Source: Endomicrobiales bacterium (GTDB taxonomy: Bacteria; Elusimicrobiota; Endomicrobiia; Endomicrobiales; JALOBY01). From it: a DNA stretch of 64,000 bases. The notes under the pieces were generated by a model. The model saw only the letters and a list, made by a program, of their open reading frames with translations, ran no database searches and was not told the DNA's origin. A program made the position numbers and the translations under genes. Within the stretch, counting starts at the first letter, position 1. Each line of letters begins with the position of its first letter. Shown here piece by piece: positions 18,519 to 29,204 of this stretch. The stretch is from contig CAWCNJ010000009.1 of NCBI GenBank assembly GCA_963796955.1, positions 1 to 64,000 of the forward strand. The letters run 5' to 3'.

Positions 18519-19642
18519 AAGATAAACCGGTGATCTTAGTAGTTGATGACGAGCAAAAGAACATCGAGCTTCTTGAGGCGTACCTTGTGCCTCAGGGCTA
18601 TGAGGTTGTAAAAGCTGCTGCAGGCTTGGAAGCCCTGAAAATACTTTCCGCGGGTAATGTTGACCTGGTGCTGCTGGACGCATTAATGCCCGCCATGTCG
18701 GGCTTTGAGGTGCTTGCAAAGATCCGGTCCGAAAAAAAGACCAGCCTTATCCCGGTTGTCATCATCACTGCTCTAAAAGAAAAAGAAGACAGGATAAAAG
18801 CCTTTGAGGCGGGATGCGATGATTTTGTATCAAAACCGTACGATAAGTATGAACTTTTAGCCAGAGTAAAGTCACTCCTGAGAATTAAGTTCCTTCATGA
18901 TGAGGCAAACTCTACCCGGCAGATAAACGAACTGCGGGAAGAGCTTTTACATGTCACTAGGGTCGGCAAAATGGCCGAATTTGTTTCTTCTCTGGCTCAT
19001 GAGATAAGCCAGCCTCTTACCGCGATACTTTCCTATGCCCAGGCGTGCCTCAGAATGAGATCGGGAAAAGACCCGGAGCTTGAGAAAATATTGTCGTATA
19101 TAGTAGAAGATGATCTGCGCGCGGCCGGCATTATCCAACAGCTGCGTTCGATGTTAAAGAAAAGCAAGCCTGAGATCCTGCCCTTGGACATAAATTCGCT
19201 GATCAATGCGACGGTGCTCCTTGTGGCTACGGATGCCGTGGTAAAGAATATATCCATAGAACTGGAATCAACGGCAGATATGCCTCTCGTCAGTGTTGAT
19301 CGCATACAATTGCAGCAGGTTTTGCTGAATCTTATCAGTAACGGTTTTGAAGCAATGAGAGACCTTCCCGGGCCTCATGAACTGTTAATACGCACGGCGA
19401 AAAAAGATGCTGGGACGATCCTGATCTCTTTGAAAGATTCAGGTTGCGGTATACCGGAGGAAAACATTCCGAAACTATTTACCCACTTCTTCACAAGCAA
19501 ACCGGACGGGCTGGGTATGGGATTGTCTATCAGCCGTTCTATCGTTGAATCATACGGAGGTACTCTGAAGGCAAAGAATAATTCTAAACACGGCGCCACA
19601 TTTATTATCACCATCCCTGTCGTTCCCTCTCTCAAAGCATAA
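18515..19642 (+). CDS. hybrid REC + FixL-type histidine kinase
   Basis: N-terminal REC; LAHEISQPL; QQVLLNL; GLGMGL. Confidence 0.9.
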   Translation: MKDKPVILVVDDEQKNIELLEAYLVPQGYEVVKAAAGLEALKILSAGNVDLVLLDALMPAMSGFEVLAKIRSEKKTSLIPVVIITALKEKEDRIKAFEAGCDDFVSKPYDKYELLARVKSLLRIKFLHDEANSTRQINELREELLHVTRVGKMAEFVSSLAHEISQPLTAILSYAQACLRMRSGKDPELEKILSYIVEDDLRAAGIIQQLRSMLKKSKPEILPLDINSLINATVLLVATDAVVKNISIELESTADMPLVSVDRIQLQQVLLNLISNGFEAMRDLPGPHELLIRTAKKDAGTILISLKDSGCGIPEENIPKLFTHFFTSKPDGLGMGLSISRSIVESYGGTLKAKNNSKHGATFIITIPVVPSLKA

Positions 19643-19718
19643 CCTGTCTTAGATCATTCCCGCTCTGTTATACCCTGGTACAATTGTTTATAGTTGACAC
19701 CTTTCCTATACTGACAAC

Positions 19719-20558
19719 ATGATAAATAAATTCTGCTTTATGTTCGTGTTGTTGAGCACCCTATGTGCGCCCCTTCGGGCAATTGAACGGGCCACTTACG
19801 TTACCGGCCTCGCGCCTCTTGCCGATGAGCTTTTCGCCCCCCTTCGCGCTGACCCACGAGAATTACAGTTCTCCGTGCGCTGCGTGTACCCGGATAAGGA
19901 TGTAACAGCCGCCGAGGTGGCGATAGGGCATTATTATGGTATCTACCGCTGGGGTCTGCCAAACGGCATAGGTCTAATGCAGGTAAATATCGGCGGAGGT
20001 ATATTCCCGCGATTTAACTTCTCTTACAACAAGGACCTTCAGGTCATTGATTTCTACGGCAGCATCCCATTAGATGTCCGGATCGGTAAGTGGTCTGGCC
20101 GTTTTATGTTTTATCACGTTAGTTCCCACCTTGGGGATGACTATATCCGTTCCAGCGGGCAGACGGTCAGCAATAATTCGTGGAATAGCCTGCGGTCTCT
20201 TGTATCCTACGATGTAAACGACGCTTTGCGTCTTTATGGCGGCTATACCTATCATCTTGTAGTACTGCCTGCGGAACAAAAAAGAGAAGTTTTTCAATCG
20301 GGTTTCGAGCTGACATCAAAGATGAAAAATAATAACCATTCCCAGGCGTTTCTGGCTGCTGATGCCCAATGGTGGGAACGAACACAGTGGAAACCAACTC
20401 TGAATGTACAAATCGGTATAAAGACCGGCCGTAACACAAGGATCGTGAGAGGTATATCTTATTTCCTGGAGTTCACGAAGGGTCCGGAATATTACGGTCA
20501 ATTTTTCGAGCGCGAAGAGAACCGCATCGGCCTCGGCCTGAAATTCGATATAGAATGA
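19719..20558 (+). CDS. DUF1207-like outer-membrane protein
   Basis: Signal peptide; LFAPLRADPRE and HVSSHLGDD motifs. Confidence 0.7.
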   Translation: MINKFCFMFVLLSTLCAPLRAIERATYVTGLAPLADELFAPLRADPRELQFSVRCVYPDKDVTAAEVAIGHYYGIYRWGLPNGIGLMQVNIGGGIFPRFNFSYNKDLQVIDFYGSIPLDVRIGKWSGRFMFYHVSSHLGDDYIRSSGQTVSNNSWNSLRSLVSYDVNDALRLYGGYTYHLVVLPAEQKREVFQSGFELTSKMKNNNHSQAFLAADAQWWERTQWKPTLNVQIGIKTGRNTRIVRGISYFLEFTKGPEYYGQFFEREENRIGLGLKFDIE

Positions 20559-21214
20559 GTTGTCAGAAAGGATCAAAGGAGATCAAAGTGTTCAAGAAAT
20601 GCCGGAGTATAATTATTTTGAGTGTGCTTAGTTCAATGTTCATAGCGGGCTGCGCTACTACAAAGATCAATTCTGTCTGGACGGATGTTAATTATCAGGG
20701 TAAACCGCGGAAGGTAATGATAATAGGCATGTCAAAAATTCTCGCTAACAAGCGGACTTTGGAAGACGAATTCGTCAAGCAGATCAGGCTCAATGGAACT
20801 AACGCAATAGCAGGTTACTCAGTCCTTTCAGAAGACAATGACAGTGACAAGGAGCGCGTAGCCGCAAAAATGAAGGAACTTGGTGCGGATACAGTGCTTA
20901 TAACAAGAATAACCGATAGGAAGACCGTATACACTGATGTTAGAAATCGCTTGTATTACCCGCCAACAAATTACACTTCATGGCGCAACTACTATGACTA
21001 CAGTTACGTGAGCTCCAATAGCGCCGGATACAGCGAGGAAATAAAATATGCGGTCATAGAAACAAATATATATGACGCTGATAATGACAAGCTGATCTGG
21101 TCCGCGTCTTCAGAAACCGAGATCAGCGGCACCGACCAGAAATTTATAAAGTCCTACGTCGGCTTTATAGTTGATAGCCTGGTTAAGCAAAAACTATTGG
21201 ATCAAAGGCCTTAA
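20555..21214 (+). CDS. lipoprotein
   Basis: IAGC lipobox; ETNIYD..KLIWSA. Confidence 0.7.
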   Translation: MSCQKGSKEIKVFKKCRSIIILSVLSSMFIAGCATTKINSVWTDVNYQGKPRKVMIIGMSKILANKRTLEDEFVKQIRLNGTNAIAGYSVLSEDNDSDKERVAAKMKELGADTVLITRITDRKTVYTDVRNRLYYPPTNYTSWRNYYDYSYVSSNSAGYSEEIKYAVIETNIYDADNDKLIWSASSETEISGTDQKFIKSYVGFIVDSLVKQKLLDQRP

Positions 21215-21225
21215 AGGGCGGGTAA

Positions 21226-21591
21226 TTGATCATGAAAGCGAAACACGTGAATATTATTGACGATGACATATCAGTTTGCCGGGCGCTCAAGTGCCTGCTG
21301 GCAACCTATGGTTTTGCGGTTGACATTTTTCATTCGTCTGAGAAGTTTTTTAAAAGTGTTCCACAAACCGATAAAGGCTGCCTTATAATGGATATTCATA
21401 TGCCGGGTATGGATGGCTGGAAGATACTTGAACAAATGATAAACACAGGGTATCGGTGTCCTGTTATTTTGATATCAGCCGACAAAAACAGCGGGCTCCG
21501 GGAACGGGCCTTAGACAGCGGCGCCGTGGGGTTCTTCCAAAAACCGTTCAAGGGTCAAGAATTGGTAGATCTGATCGATTTAGTATGCTGA
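21226..21591 (+). CDS. single-domain response regulator
   Basis: IIDDD; MDIHMPGMDG; QKPF. Confidence 0.9.
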   Translation: MIMKAKHVNIIDDDISVCRALKCLLATYGFAVDIFHSSEKFFKSVPQTDKGCLIMDIHMPGMDGWKILEQMINTGYRCPVILISADKNSGLRERALDSGAVGFFQKPFKGQELVDLIDLVC

Positions 21592-21683
21592 GATAAGTAT
21601 ATATATGGCAACGAGGGGTGATCTGAGGTCATAAGAAAAGTAAGATCAGCAAAATAAATGTCTATCACAAAAGGGGAAATACA

Positions 21684-21863
21684 TTGAAAACAAGCTTGCA
21701 GGACCATTCAGAAGGACAGTTCCACAGAGTAAAAGGGAAGCTTAAGGAGATCGCCGGGATAATTGTCGGCGATGCCGAATTAGAGGTGGCAGGTAAAACT
21801 GAAAGGATCGCAGGAAAAATGCAGGAAAAGATCGGCCAGATAAAGAAAGTATTCGGAAAATAG
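21684..21863 (+). CDS. CsbD family protein (not in ORF track)
   Basis: TTG start after an AGGGG SD; translates MKTSLQDHSEGQFHRVKGKLKEIAG...GKMQEKIGQIKKVFGK (59 aa). Confidence 0.85.
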   Translation: MKTSLQDHSEGQFHRVKGKLKEIAGIIVGDAELEVAGKTERIAGKMQEKIGQIKKVFGK

Positions 21864-21899
21864 ATGCTGAGCAATATAAAATAAAGGGGATTTACAATC

Positions 21900-22658
21900 A
21901 TGGCAAAATCAACGAAAATATTCACTGCTTTAGTCGTAATAGCGATGTTGTTCGGTGTGGTTGTATTCGCTTCAAGAGCGGATAACGGTATCGAATCACA
22001 GGCTCAGAACTCATATGTTTTCAAAACTTATCTCAGCGGCGATTCCATTACGACAGTATCAAAAAAAGGTGTCGTCACATTGAAAGGTACCGTGTTGAAT
22101 GAATCGCATAGCATGCTGGCGCAGGGCACAGTAGAAAGCATACCTGGTGTAAAAACAGTTGATAATCAACTGGTTATTAAAGGTGAACGTCTTACCGAGA
22201 ACTCTGACGCCTGGATAATGATGAAAGTAAAGACCGTTCTGTTGTTCCAAAAAAACGTGAACGGTTTTAAAACTGAGGTCAAGGTGAAAAATGGCACAGT
22301 GTTTTTGACCGGAGAAGTATCAAGCCTTGCTCAAAAGGAATTGTGCACTGAATATGCCGGTGACATAACCGGTGTCAAAAACGTGAAGAATGAAATGGTC
22401 ATGGCCAAAGGAAAAACAGATCTCGGATCTACTATCGGAGAGAAAATAGATGATGTGTCCATAACGGCCCAGGTTAAGATGGCCTTGCTGACCCACCGCT
22501 CTACCAGCGCCATTCAAACAAGCGTGACAACAAAGAACGGTGTGGTTATGTTACGCGGTATAGCGCAGAACAACGCGGAAATAGCATTGGTCGGTAAACT
22601 GGCTAATGACATAAACGGTGTTATCAATGTTGTAAATGACATGAAAGTAATTAACTAA
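21900..22658 (+). CDS. triple BON-domain (OsmY-like) protein
   Basis: Three GxVxLxG repeats; DDVSITAQVK. Confidence 0.9.
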   Translation: MAKSTKIFTALVVIAMLFGVVVFASRADNGIESQAQNSYVFKTYLSGDSITTVSKKGVVTLKGTVLNESHSMLAQGTVESIPGVKTVDNQLVIKGERLTENSDAWIMMKVKTVLLFQKNVNGFKTEVKVKNGTVFLTGEVSSLAQKELCTEYAGDITGVKNVKNEMVMAKGKTDLGSTIGEKIDDVSITAQVKMALLTHRSTSAIQTSVTTKNGVVMLRGIAQNNAEIALVGKLANDINGVINVVNDMKVIN

Positions 22659-22673
22659 GTTTTTAAGGGGAAT

Positions 22674-23261
22674 TTGATGAAAAACAGATATTTGAATGGT
22701 TTTATAATAGGTGCATCCGCAGTGGCTGTCGTAGTCGCACTTTCACTTGCGGTATTTGCCGCAACGAGCGGCGTTTGCAATAACGTCATTTGTATCGGTC
22801 CCAGGGCGAGCTATTCGACCCCCCAAGACGCGGATGAGGGACAGTGGTTTTCGGGATTCCAGGCCCGGCTTCATGTAACGCCGGTCGTTGCGCTGGAAGG
22901 GTCTATAGATTATCGTCGCAATGATTTCGGCAATACTACCAGGATAAAAACATATCCTCTTCAGGCAAGCGTGCTCGCGTATCTTACGCCGGGGGCGTCT
23001 TGGAGCCCGTTTTTACTTGGCGGCGGAGGCTGGTACTATACTGAGGTAGATGGACCTAACGATTATCGTAATACCAGTTCCCGTTTCGGTCTGCACGCCG
23101 GCGCCGGTATTGAGTTCATGTTGAACGATTACTTGTCGATCGACGGAACTTACCGGTATGTCTGGCTTGATAGCGTGGTATCCAGGGACGCTGCTTTACA
23201 AGATAAGACTTTTCAGGATAGCGGTTCAATGGTCACGATCGGCCTTAACTTTCTATTTTAA
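22674..23261 (+). CDS. outer-membrane beta-barrel protein
   Basis: Signal peptide; alternating beta-strands; C-terminal F. Confidence 0.75.
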   Translation: MMKNRYLNGFIIGASAVAVVVALSLAVFAATSGVCNNVICIGPRASYSTPQDADEGQWFSGFQARLHVTPVVALEGSIDYRRNDFGNTTRIKTYPLQASVLAYLTPGASWSPFLLGGGGWYYTEVDGPNDYRNTSSRFGLHAGAGIEFMLNDYLSIDGTYRYVWLDSVVSRDAALQDKTFQDSGSMVTIGLNFLF

Positions 23262-23288
23262 GGATCTAAGCCGCAAAAGGATGATCAA

Positions 23289-23444
23289 ATGCTCTGGACT
23301 ATCGCTGTTGTCTTGATGTTGTTGTGGGTGTTAGGTTTGGTCAGTTCATACACTATGGGAGGCTTCATTCATCTTTTGTTGCTGTTTGCGATGGTAACGG
23401 TGCTTATTCGTGTTATTCAGGGACGTCCCGTGTTAAAAGGTTAA
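23289..23444 (+). CDS. lmo0937-family small membrane protein (not in ORF track)
   Basis: MLWTIAVVLMLLWVLGLVSSYTMGGFIHLLL...IQGR (51 aa). Confidence 0.85.
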   Translation: MLWTIAVVLMLLWVLGLVSSYTMGGFIHLLLLFAMVTVLIRVIQGRPVLKG

Positions 23445-23480
23445 TTGAAATTAAAATCGAAGTTAAAAGGGGAGCATTTT

Positions 23481-25028
23481 ATGAACAAAAAGTTAGCGGT
23501 GGTATTCGTCCTTTCAGTTTTTTCGTTCGGACAAAGTCGTGTGGTCGCGGCGGCGGCGGTAGATCCGCTTTATCAGGTCGCGGTAGTGCAGTCCGCGGCG
23601 AAGGCGATCAATTACAGGAATTTGAAAGGCTCAGTTGATATTGATCTCAAGGGCACCATCCTTCTTGTCAGCGCAAAAGGGACGGCTAATGTAAGGAACA
23701 GGGCCGGTGTTTCGGAAATTAAGGTAAGGATCGAAAATTTGACAACTGCCGCTCAGTTCGGACCCGAATATTTGACCTATGTCTTATGGGCCGTGTCTCC
23801 GGATGGATCTGTTACGAACCTCGGCGAGCTGATCGTTAATAAAGGCGAGAGCGAGTTGAACGCGAAAACGCCTCTTCAGGCAATGTGTCTATTAGTGACG
23901 GCGGAACCTTACTTCGCTGTATCCAGGCCCAGCAATGTTGTGGTTCTGGAAAATTCCATTAAACCCGGCAACACCGACAAAATAGAATTGATCGATGCCA
24001 AATACGAGTTGTTCCCAAGAGGCGAGTACATCAAAAATGCCGCTCCTGACGGTTTTAAGCCCCAGGTGATGGATAAAAAGACGCCGTTCAACGTATATCA
24101 GGCAAGGAACGCGGTTAATATTGCCCGTGCGGCCGGCGCCGAACTGTACGCTTCGGATTCCTTAAGAGACGCCGAAAGGCTTCTTGCGGCCTCTGAATCA
24201 AAAGAGGGCGGCAAAAGCGGACGGTCAATGACAGCGCGGGAAGCCGTTCAGCGCGCGGAAAGCAGCCGTTCTATTGCGGTAAAACGTCATGAAGAAGAAG
24301 CGAACGTAAATGAACATATAAGTACCGCGCAGCAGATCAGCAGCGCGAACAGTCAGGCCGCCCTCGCGATAGCCGGCCGCGCAAAAGCGGAAGATGCCCA
24401 GGCGAAAGCTGAAAAAGCAAAAGGACAATCCGATAGTGAACGCGCGGAGGCTGTTTCCCTTGCTTCCAGCGCCGTTAAGTCATCCGTAGCATCCGGAGCA
24501 GACGCGAAGGCGGCCCGGGCCTCTGCGGCGAAATCTCAGGATCAGGCGGATGCGGCGAACAACAGGGCGCAAAAGGCAGAGGGTGATAAAGCCTCCCTGC
24601 GAAACCAACTATACCAGCAGCTGAACGCGGTACTTAAAACACAGGATACCGCGAGGGGTTTGATAGTAAATATGCCGGACGCGTTATTCAAATCGGCGAG
24701 CTCGCAACTGCAGCCGCAGGTTCGTGAAAAACTCGCGAAAATAGCTGGGATCGTATCATCAAATTCCGGTTTGCAGCTTGATGTTGAAGGCCACACCGAC
24801 AGCGTCGGAAGCGATGAGTACAACCAGCTGTTGTCGGAAAGACGCGCGAAGTCGGCAATGGATTACCTGGTAGGCCAGGGTGTTCCGGCCGATTGCATAG
24901 CTTCCGCCGGGTTTGGAAAAACAATGCCTATAGGGTCAAATGACACGCCCGAAGGACGACAGAAAAATCGTCGTGTGGAATTAATAGTAAGTGGTGACGC
25001 GATTGGTTCAGCGGCGATGTCGAAGTAG
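23481..25028 (+). CDS. OmpA family peptidoglycan-binding protein with Ala-rich coiled coil
   Basis: VEGHTDS..NQLLSERRA..NRRVE. Confidence 0.9.
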   Translation: MNKKLAVVFVLSVFSFGQSRVVAAAAVDPLYQVAVVQSAAKAINYRNLKGSVDIDLKGTILLVSAKGTANVRNRAGVSEIKVRIENLTTAAQFGPEYLTYVLWAVSPDGSVTNLGELIVNKGESELNAKTPLQAMCLLVTAEPYFAVSRPSNVVVLENSIKPGNTDKIELIDAKYELFPRGEYIKNAAPDGFKPQVMDKKTPFNVYQARNAVNIARAAGAELYASDSLRDAERLLAASESKEGGKSGRSMTAREAVQRAESSRSIAVKRHEEEANVNEHISTAQQISSANSQAALAIAGRAKAEDAQAKAEKAKGQSDSERAEAVSLASSAVKSSVASGADAKAARASAAKSQDQADAANNRAQKAEGDKASLRNQLYQQLNAVLKTQDTARGLIVNMPDALFKSASSQLQPQVREKLAKIAGIVSSNSGLQLDVEGHTDSVGSDEYNQLLSERRAKSAMDYLVGQGVPADCIASAGFGKTMPIGSNDTPEGRQKNRRVELIVSGDAIGSAAMSK

Positions 25029-25063
25029 TATCGAATATTTGCAGAGATTTTATTAGAGATCCT

Positions 25064-25105
25064 AATTGCCGTGTCTGGTTTCGCATTATCAGACACGGCA
25101 ATTTT
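25064..25105 (+). terminator. intrinsic terminator
   Basis: AATTGCCGTGTCTG...CAGACACGGCAATT followed by Ts. Confidence 0.7.
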
Positions 25106-25209
25106 CCTTTATTAAGGACAGTCCATACTGGAGAATTTGAAAATCATTCATAAAAGATATACAATAAGCATCTAAGAAGCCACCCTATAGGAACCTTGTT
25201 CACAATCAA

Positions 25210-26943
25210 ATGCCCGAAACTAAATTAGATAATAAACCTGTGTATTTTCTTTCCGGTGACGAAGCGCTGGCGCGCGGCGCTTATGAGGCCGGTGTGCGCG
25301 TGGCGGCGTCTTATCCCGGCACCCCTGCGACCGAGATACTGGAATACCTTTCGTCTTTTCCGGAAGTTGACGCTCAGTGGTCGGTAAATGAAAAAGTGGC
25401 ATACGAAGTCGCCTACGGCGCCTCCATGTCAGGGTCCCGCTCATTGTATTCTTCAAAACATGTCGGCCTTAATGTAGCGATGGACGCATTGATGACATCA
25501 GCCTACATTGGGGTTAACGCAGGTTTTGTTATAGTGTCGGCGGATGATCCCGGCCTGCATTCGTCGCAAAACGAGCAGGATAACAGGCTTTTCGCCCAGT
25601 TCGCGAAAATACCTCTGCTTGAACCTTCATCACCCGCCGAAGCTTATGAATTCGCGAAGATCGCTTTTGATATCAGCGAGGAGTTTGATACGCCTGTACT
25701 GTTGCGCCTTACCACAAGGATAGCCCACACTAAAGAAAATTTCGCTATCGCCGAACGTAATGAAGTTGAGAAAAAGCCGTATGTCCGCAACATCTCTAAG
25801 ACCGTCATGGTCCCGGGCAATGCCTTCGCCCGCCATGTGGAGCTGGAAAAAAAACTCGTTGAATTAAAAAAATACTCCGAAAGAACGCCCTTGAACAGGC
25901 TCGAAATTCGCGACACCGATATCGGCTTTATAACCGATAGTGTTTCATACCTGTACGTCCGTGAGGCCTTCCCGAATGCCAGCGTGCTGAAACTTGGCTT
26001 CACGTATCCTTTCCCCGATGATATGATCTCTGATTTTGCGAAACAGGTAAAACGTGTCGTCATTGTCGAAGAACTTGAACCGTTCATTGAAGATCACGTA
26101 AGATCTATCGGTGTAACAGTTGCCTCCAAGCACCCGAGCTGGAAAATAGGGGAGTTCAGGCCGGAGGACATTCCTTTGATTGTTGAAGGAAAGCCGAAAA
26201 CCTTCAAACCGAATTCTTCCAGAAAGCCGGTGTTGTGCCCGGGCTGCATGCACAGGCCGGTTTTTGTCGCGTTAAAGAAGAACAAGGTGATAGCGACCGG
26301 AGATATAGGTTGTTACACACTTGGTGCTCTAAAGCCGCTCTCAACGCTGGATACCTGCCTTTGCATGGGCAGCTCTATAACATTGTTCGAAGGTTTTTAC
26401 CGTTCTCTCGGAAAAGGTATCTGTGCTGTTATCGGTGATTCGACCTTCATTCACTCAGGTATTCCCGGGCTGATAAACGCGGTTTATAATAAGGCTAAAG
26501 GTTTTATAGTTATACTGGATAACGGCACAACGGCTATGACGGGTTCACAGCCGCACCCTGCTGCGGGCATGAACGCGAAGGGTGAAAAAACCAGGCAGCT
26601 TTCCATTGAGGGCATATGCGAGGCGACCGGCGCGGATAAAGTCGTTGTAGTTGACCCATTCGATCCGGCTATGCTCGACAAAACTATCAAGGAAGCAGCG
26701 GCGCTTGACGGGCTTTCGGTCATTATTGCGCGTTATCCCTGCAGGATCCTGCACCGTAAAAAGGAAACCCCGCCTGTTGTTAATAATGATAAATGCACCA
26801 AATGCGGCAGGTGCCTGGATATAGACTGTCCAGCGTTGTATAAGAAAGAGGATGGATCTATAAGCATAGACCCGAACCTTTGCACCGGTTGCGGTTGCTG
26901 TGTCACCGTTTGTAAATTCGGTGCTCTGGAATTGAAAAAATGA
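25210..26943 (+). CDS. iorA: indolepyruvate:ferredoxin oxidoreductase alpha subunit
   Basis: YPGTPATE, KHVGLNVA, SSQNEQD and GDIGCY motifs; C-terminal ferredoxin. Confidence 0.93.
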   Translation: MPETKLDNKPVYFLSGDEALARGAYEAGVRVAASYPGTPATEILEYLSSFPEVDAQWSVNEKVAYEVAYGASMSGSRSLYSSKHVGLNVAMDALMTSAYIGVNAGFVIVSADDPGLHSSQNEQDNRLFAQFAKIPLLEPSSPAEAYEFAKIAFDISEEFDTPVLLRLTTRIAHTKENFAIAERNEVEKKPYVRNISKTVMVPGNAFARHVELEKKLVELKKYSERTPLNRLEIRDTDIGFITDSVSYLYVREAFPNASVLKLGFTYPFPDDMISDFAKQVKRVVIVEELEPFIEDHVRSIGVTVASKHPSWKIGEFRPEDIPLIVEGKPKTFKPNSSRKPVLCPGCMHRPVFVALKKNKVIATGDIGCYTLGALKPLSTLDTCLCMGSSITLFEGFYRSLGKGICAVIGDSTFIHSGIPGLINAVYNKAKGFIVILDNGTTAMTGSQPHPAAGMNAKGEKTRQLSIEGICEATGADKVVVVDPFDPAMLDKTIKEAAALDGLSVIIARYPCRILHRKKETPPVVNNDKCTKCGRCLDIDCPALYKKEDGSISIDPNLCTGCGCCVTVCKFGALELKK

Positions 26944-27434
26944 AACAGACCAAAGATACCACGAACATACTTATATGCGGCACAGGCGGGCAGGGCATAC
27001 TCACTATGGCCGAGATAGTGTGCCGCGCGGCTGTGATAGACGGTTATCACGTTAAAAAGTCAGAAGTGCACGGTATGGCGCAAAGGGGCGGCTCTGTTGA
27101 ATCGCATATACGGTTCGGCGAACGGATATTTTCGCCGTTGATACCGTACGGCATGACGGACATACTTGTGTGCCTTGATAAAGGCGAACATGAGAGAACA
27201 AAGCATCTGATCAAAGACGGCGGCAAAGACCTGTTCGGCTATTTTGAGAAAGCGCGGGCCTCCGTTCCAGAGAACAAATATGTCAGCAGCGCAATGCTTG
27301 GCATCCTTTCTTGTTTTTTAACTCTCACTGACGCAAGCTGGGAAAAGGCCTTTGAACAGCTTTTGGCAAAAAAGAACCTTCAAGAGAATTTGGGCGCCTT
27401 CTTAAGTGCTAAGAATATTGTTGGAAAGGATTAG
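26940..27434 (+). CDS. iorB: indolepyruvate:ferredoxin oxidoreductase beta subunit
   Basis: GTGGQG; SEVHGMAQRGGSV. Confidence 0.93.
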   Translation: MKQTKDTTNILICGTGGQGILTMAEIVCRAAVIDGYHVKKSEVHGMAQRGGSVESHIRFGERIFSPLIPYGMTDILVCLDKGEHERTKHLIKDGGKDLFGYFEKARASVPENKYVSSAMLGILSCFLTLTDASWEKAFEQLLAKKNLQENLGAFLSAKNIVGKD

Positions 27435-27437
27435 ACT

Positions 27438-28739
27438 ATGATCTTTAATGAAAGCATGGAGTGTTTGCCTGCGCATGAGATGAAAAAGATCCAGTCCCAA
27501 AGGCTTTCCAAACTTGTCGCGTATGTTGATAAAAATTCCCCTTTTTATAAAAATAAATTTAAAGAACTCGGCATAGCACCTGAAAAGATCACTTCAATAG
27601 ATGACATAAAGAGGCTTCCTTTTACGGTCAAGGATGACCTCCGGGATTCCTATCCGTTCGGCCTTCTTGCGACGCCGCTTAAAAATATCGCCGAGGTACA
27701 TGTTTCAAGCGGTACCACCGGGAACATGACCGTAGTGGGCTACTCAAAGAACGACATAGATCTTTGGGGCGAGGTTATGGCGCGCTCTCTGGCGTGCATG
27801 GGTGCCGTTCCCGGCGACATGATCCAGATCGCGTACGGGTACGGCCTTTTTACCGGCGGGCTTGGTTTTCACTACGGCTCCATGAAACTCGGCCTGACTA
27901 TTATCCCGTGCTCGTCCGGCCAGTCGAAACGGCAGTTGAAGCTTATGACGGATTTTAAGCCGAGGATAATCGCCTGCACGCCCAGCTACTGCCTGTATCT
28001 CGCGGAAGAAGCCGCCGAGATGGGCCTTGACCCGAGAAACTCCAGCTGGGAACTGGGAAGCTTCGGCGCGGAGCCCTGGACGGATGCCATGCGCGGCGAG
28101 ATCGAAAAAACCTGGAATATCGCCGCCCATGACGTGTACGGCTTGTCCGAGATAACCGGCCCCGGAGTAGCGCATGAATGTTCCCTTAAATGCGGCCTGC
28201 ACATACAAAGCGATGTTTTCTACCCTGAAATCATAGACCCCAAAACAGGGCTTGACGCGCGGCCGGGTGAGCCGGGGGAACTGGTGATAACAACGCTTAC
28301 GAAAGATGGCCAGCCGCTTATCCGCTACAAGACGCGGGATATCGTCAGCATCGACTACGAGAAGTGCAAATGCGGCCGCACCACGCCCCGCATAAGCAAG
28401 GTTCGCGGCAGGACCGACGATATGATAATAGTACGGGGGATAAACGTCTTTCCATCGCAGATCGAACACATCCTGCTGCAGATAGAAGGCACGAAGCCCC
28501 ACTACCAGCTTATCGTCGACAGAAAAGAAAGGGAGATGGACGAGCTGGAAGTTTTGGTAGAGGTGGAAGATAAGATATTTTCAGATGAGATGTCCAAGCT
28601 TCAAAACCTTGAAGAACGCATACACACCGAGATATCGTCAACGCTCGGCATTTCCGCTAAGATACGGCTGGTTGAGCCTAAAACGATCGAACGCAGCGAA
28701 GGCAAAGCCAAACGGGTGATCGATAAAAGAAAATTGTAG
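27438..28739 (+). CDS. paaK: phenylacetate--CoA ligase family protein
   Basis: SSGTTG; YGYGLFTGGLG; YGLSE; GRTDDM..RGINVFPSQIE. Confidence 0.9.
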   Translation: MIFNESMECLPAHEMKKIQSQRLSKLVAYVDKNSPFYKNKFKELGIAPEKITSIDDIKRLPFTVKDDLRDSYPFGLLATPLKNIAEVHVSSGTTGNMTVVGYSKNDIDLWGEVMARSLACMGAVPGDMIQIAYGYGLFTGGLGFHYGSMKLGLTIIPCSSGQSKRQLKLMTDFKPRIIACTPSYCLYLAEEAAEMGLDPRNSSWELGSFGAEPWTDAMRGEIEKTWNIAAHDVYGLSEITGPGVAHECSLKCGLHIQSDVFYPEIIDPKTGLDARPGEPGELVITTLTKDGQPLIRYKTRDIVSIDYEKCKCGRTTPRISKVRGRTDDMIIVRGINVFPSQIEHILLQIEGTKPHYQLIVDRKEREMDELEVLVEVEDKIFSDEMSKLQNLEERIHTEISSTLGISAKIRLVEPKTIERSEGKAKRVIDKRKL

Positions 28740-28763
28740 AGCCACGGTTAAAGGAGATCGCGA

Positions 28764-29195
28764 ATGAAGATCAAACAGCTTTCTGTATTTCTTGAAAACC
28801 GTTCCGGCAGGTTGTTGGAGTTGTGCGAGCTGCTGGGAAAAAACAACATTAATATTAAGGCGCTGACGATCGCCGAGAGCCCGGAGTTCGGTATCGTACG
28901 GCTGGTAGTTGATAAAAGCGAGGAAGCAACGCACGTGCTTAAAGCCAATTCATTTGTGGCGAACATCACGGACATTGTCGCGGTTGAAGTTGCGGATGCT
29001 CCCGGCGGGCTTGCTAACGTACTGAAGATCCTTAATGACCATAAGATCAATATTGAATATATGTATGGTTTTGTGGAGAGGTCACGCGACAAGGCTTTGA
29101 TGGTATTTCGTTTTGAGGACACCGATAAGGCAATCGAGACGCTTGGGAAAAACGATATTGGTATCGTGGGTTCTCGCGATCTGGAAACAATTTGA
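28764..29195 (+). CDS. ACT domain protein
   Basis: QLSVFLENRSGRL; tandem ACT domains; typical paaK neighbour. Confidence 0.9.
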   Translation: MKIKQLSVFLENRSGRLLELCELLGKNNINIKALTIAESPEFGIVRLVVDKSEEATHVLKANSFVANITDIVAVEVADAPGGLANVLKILNDHKINIEYMYGFVERSRDKALMVFRFEDTDKAIETLGKNDIGIVGSRDLETI

Positions 29196-29204
29196 CCCGG
29201 GAGT

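Noticed and set aside
9931..25105. Integrative element or prophage inserted at tRNA-His or tRNA-Arg
   Set aside because: No integrase, phage or conjugation genes, and I found no duplicated tRNA 3' end (attR) in the window.
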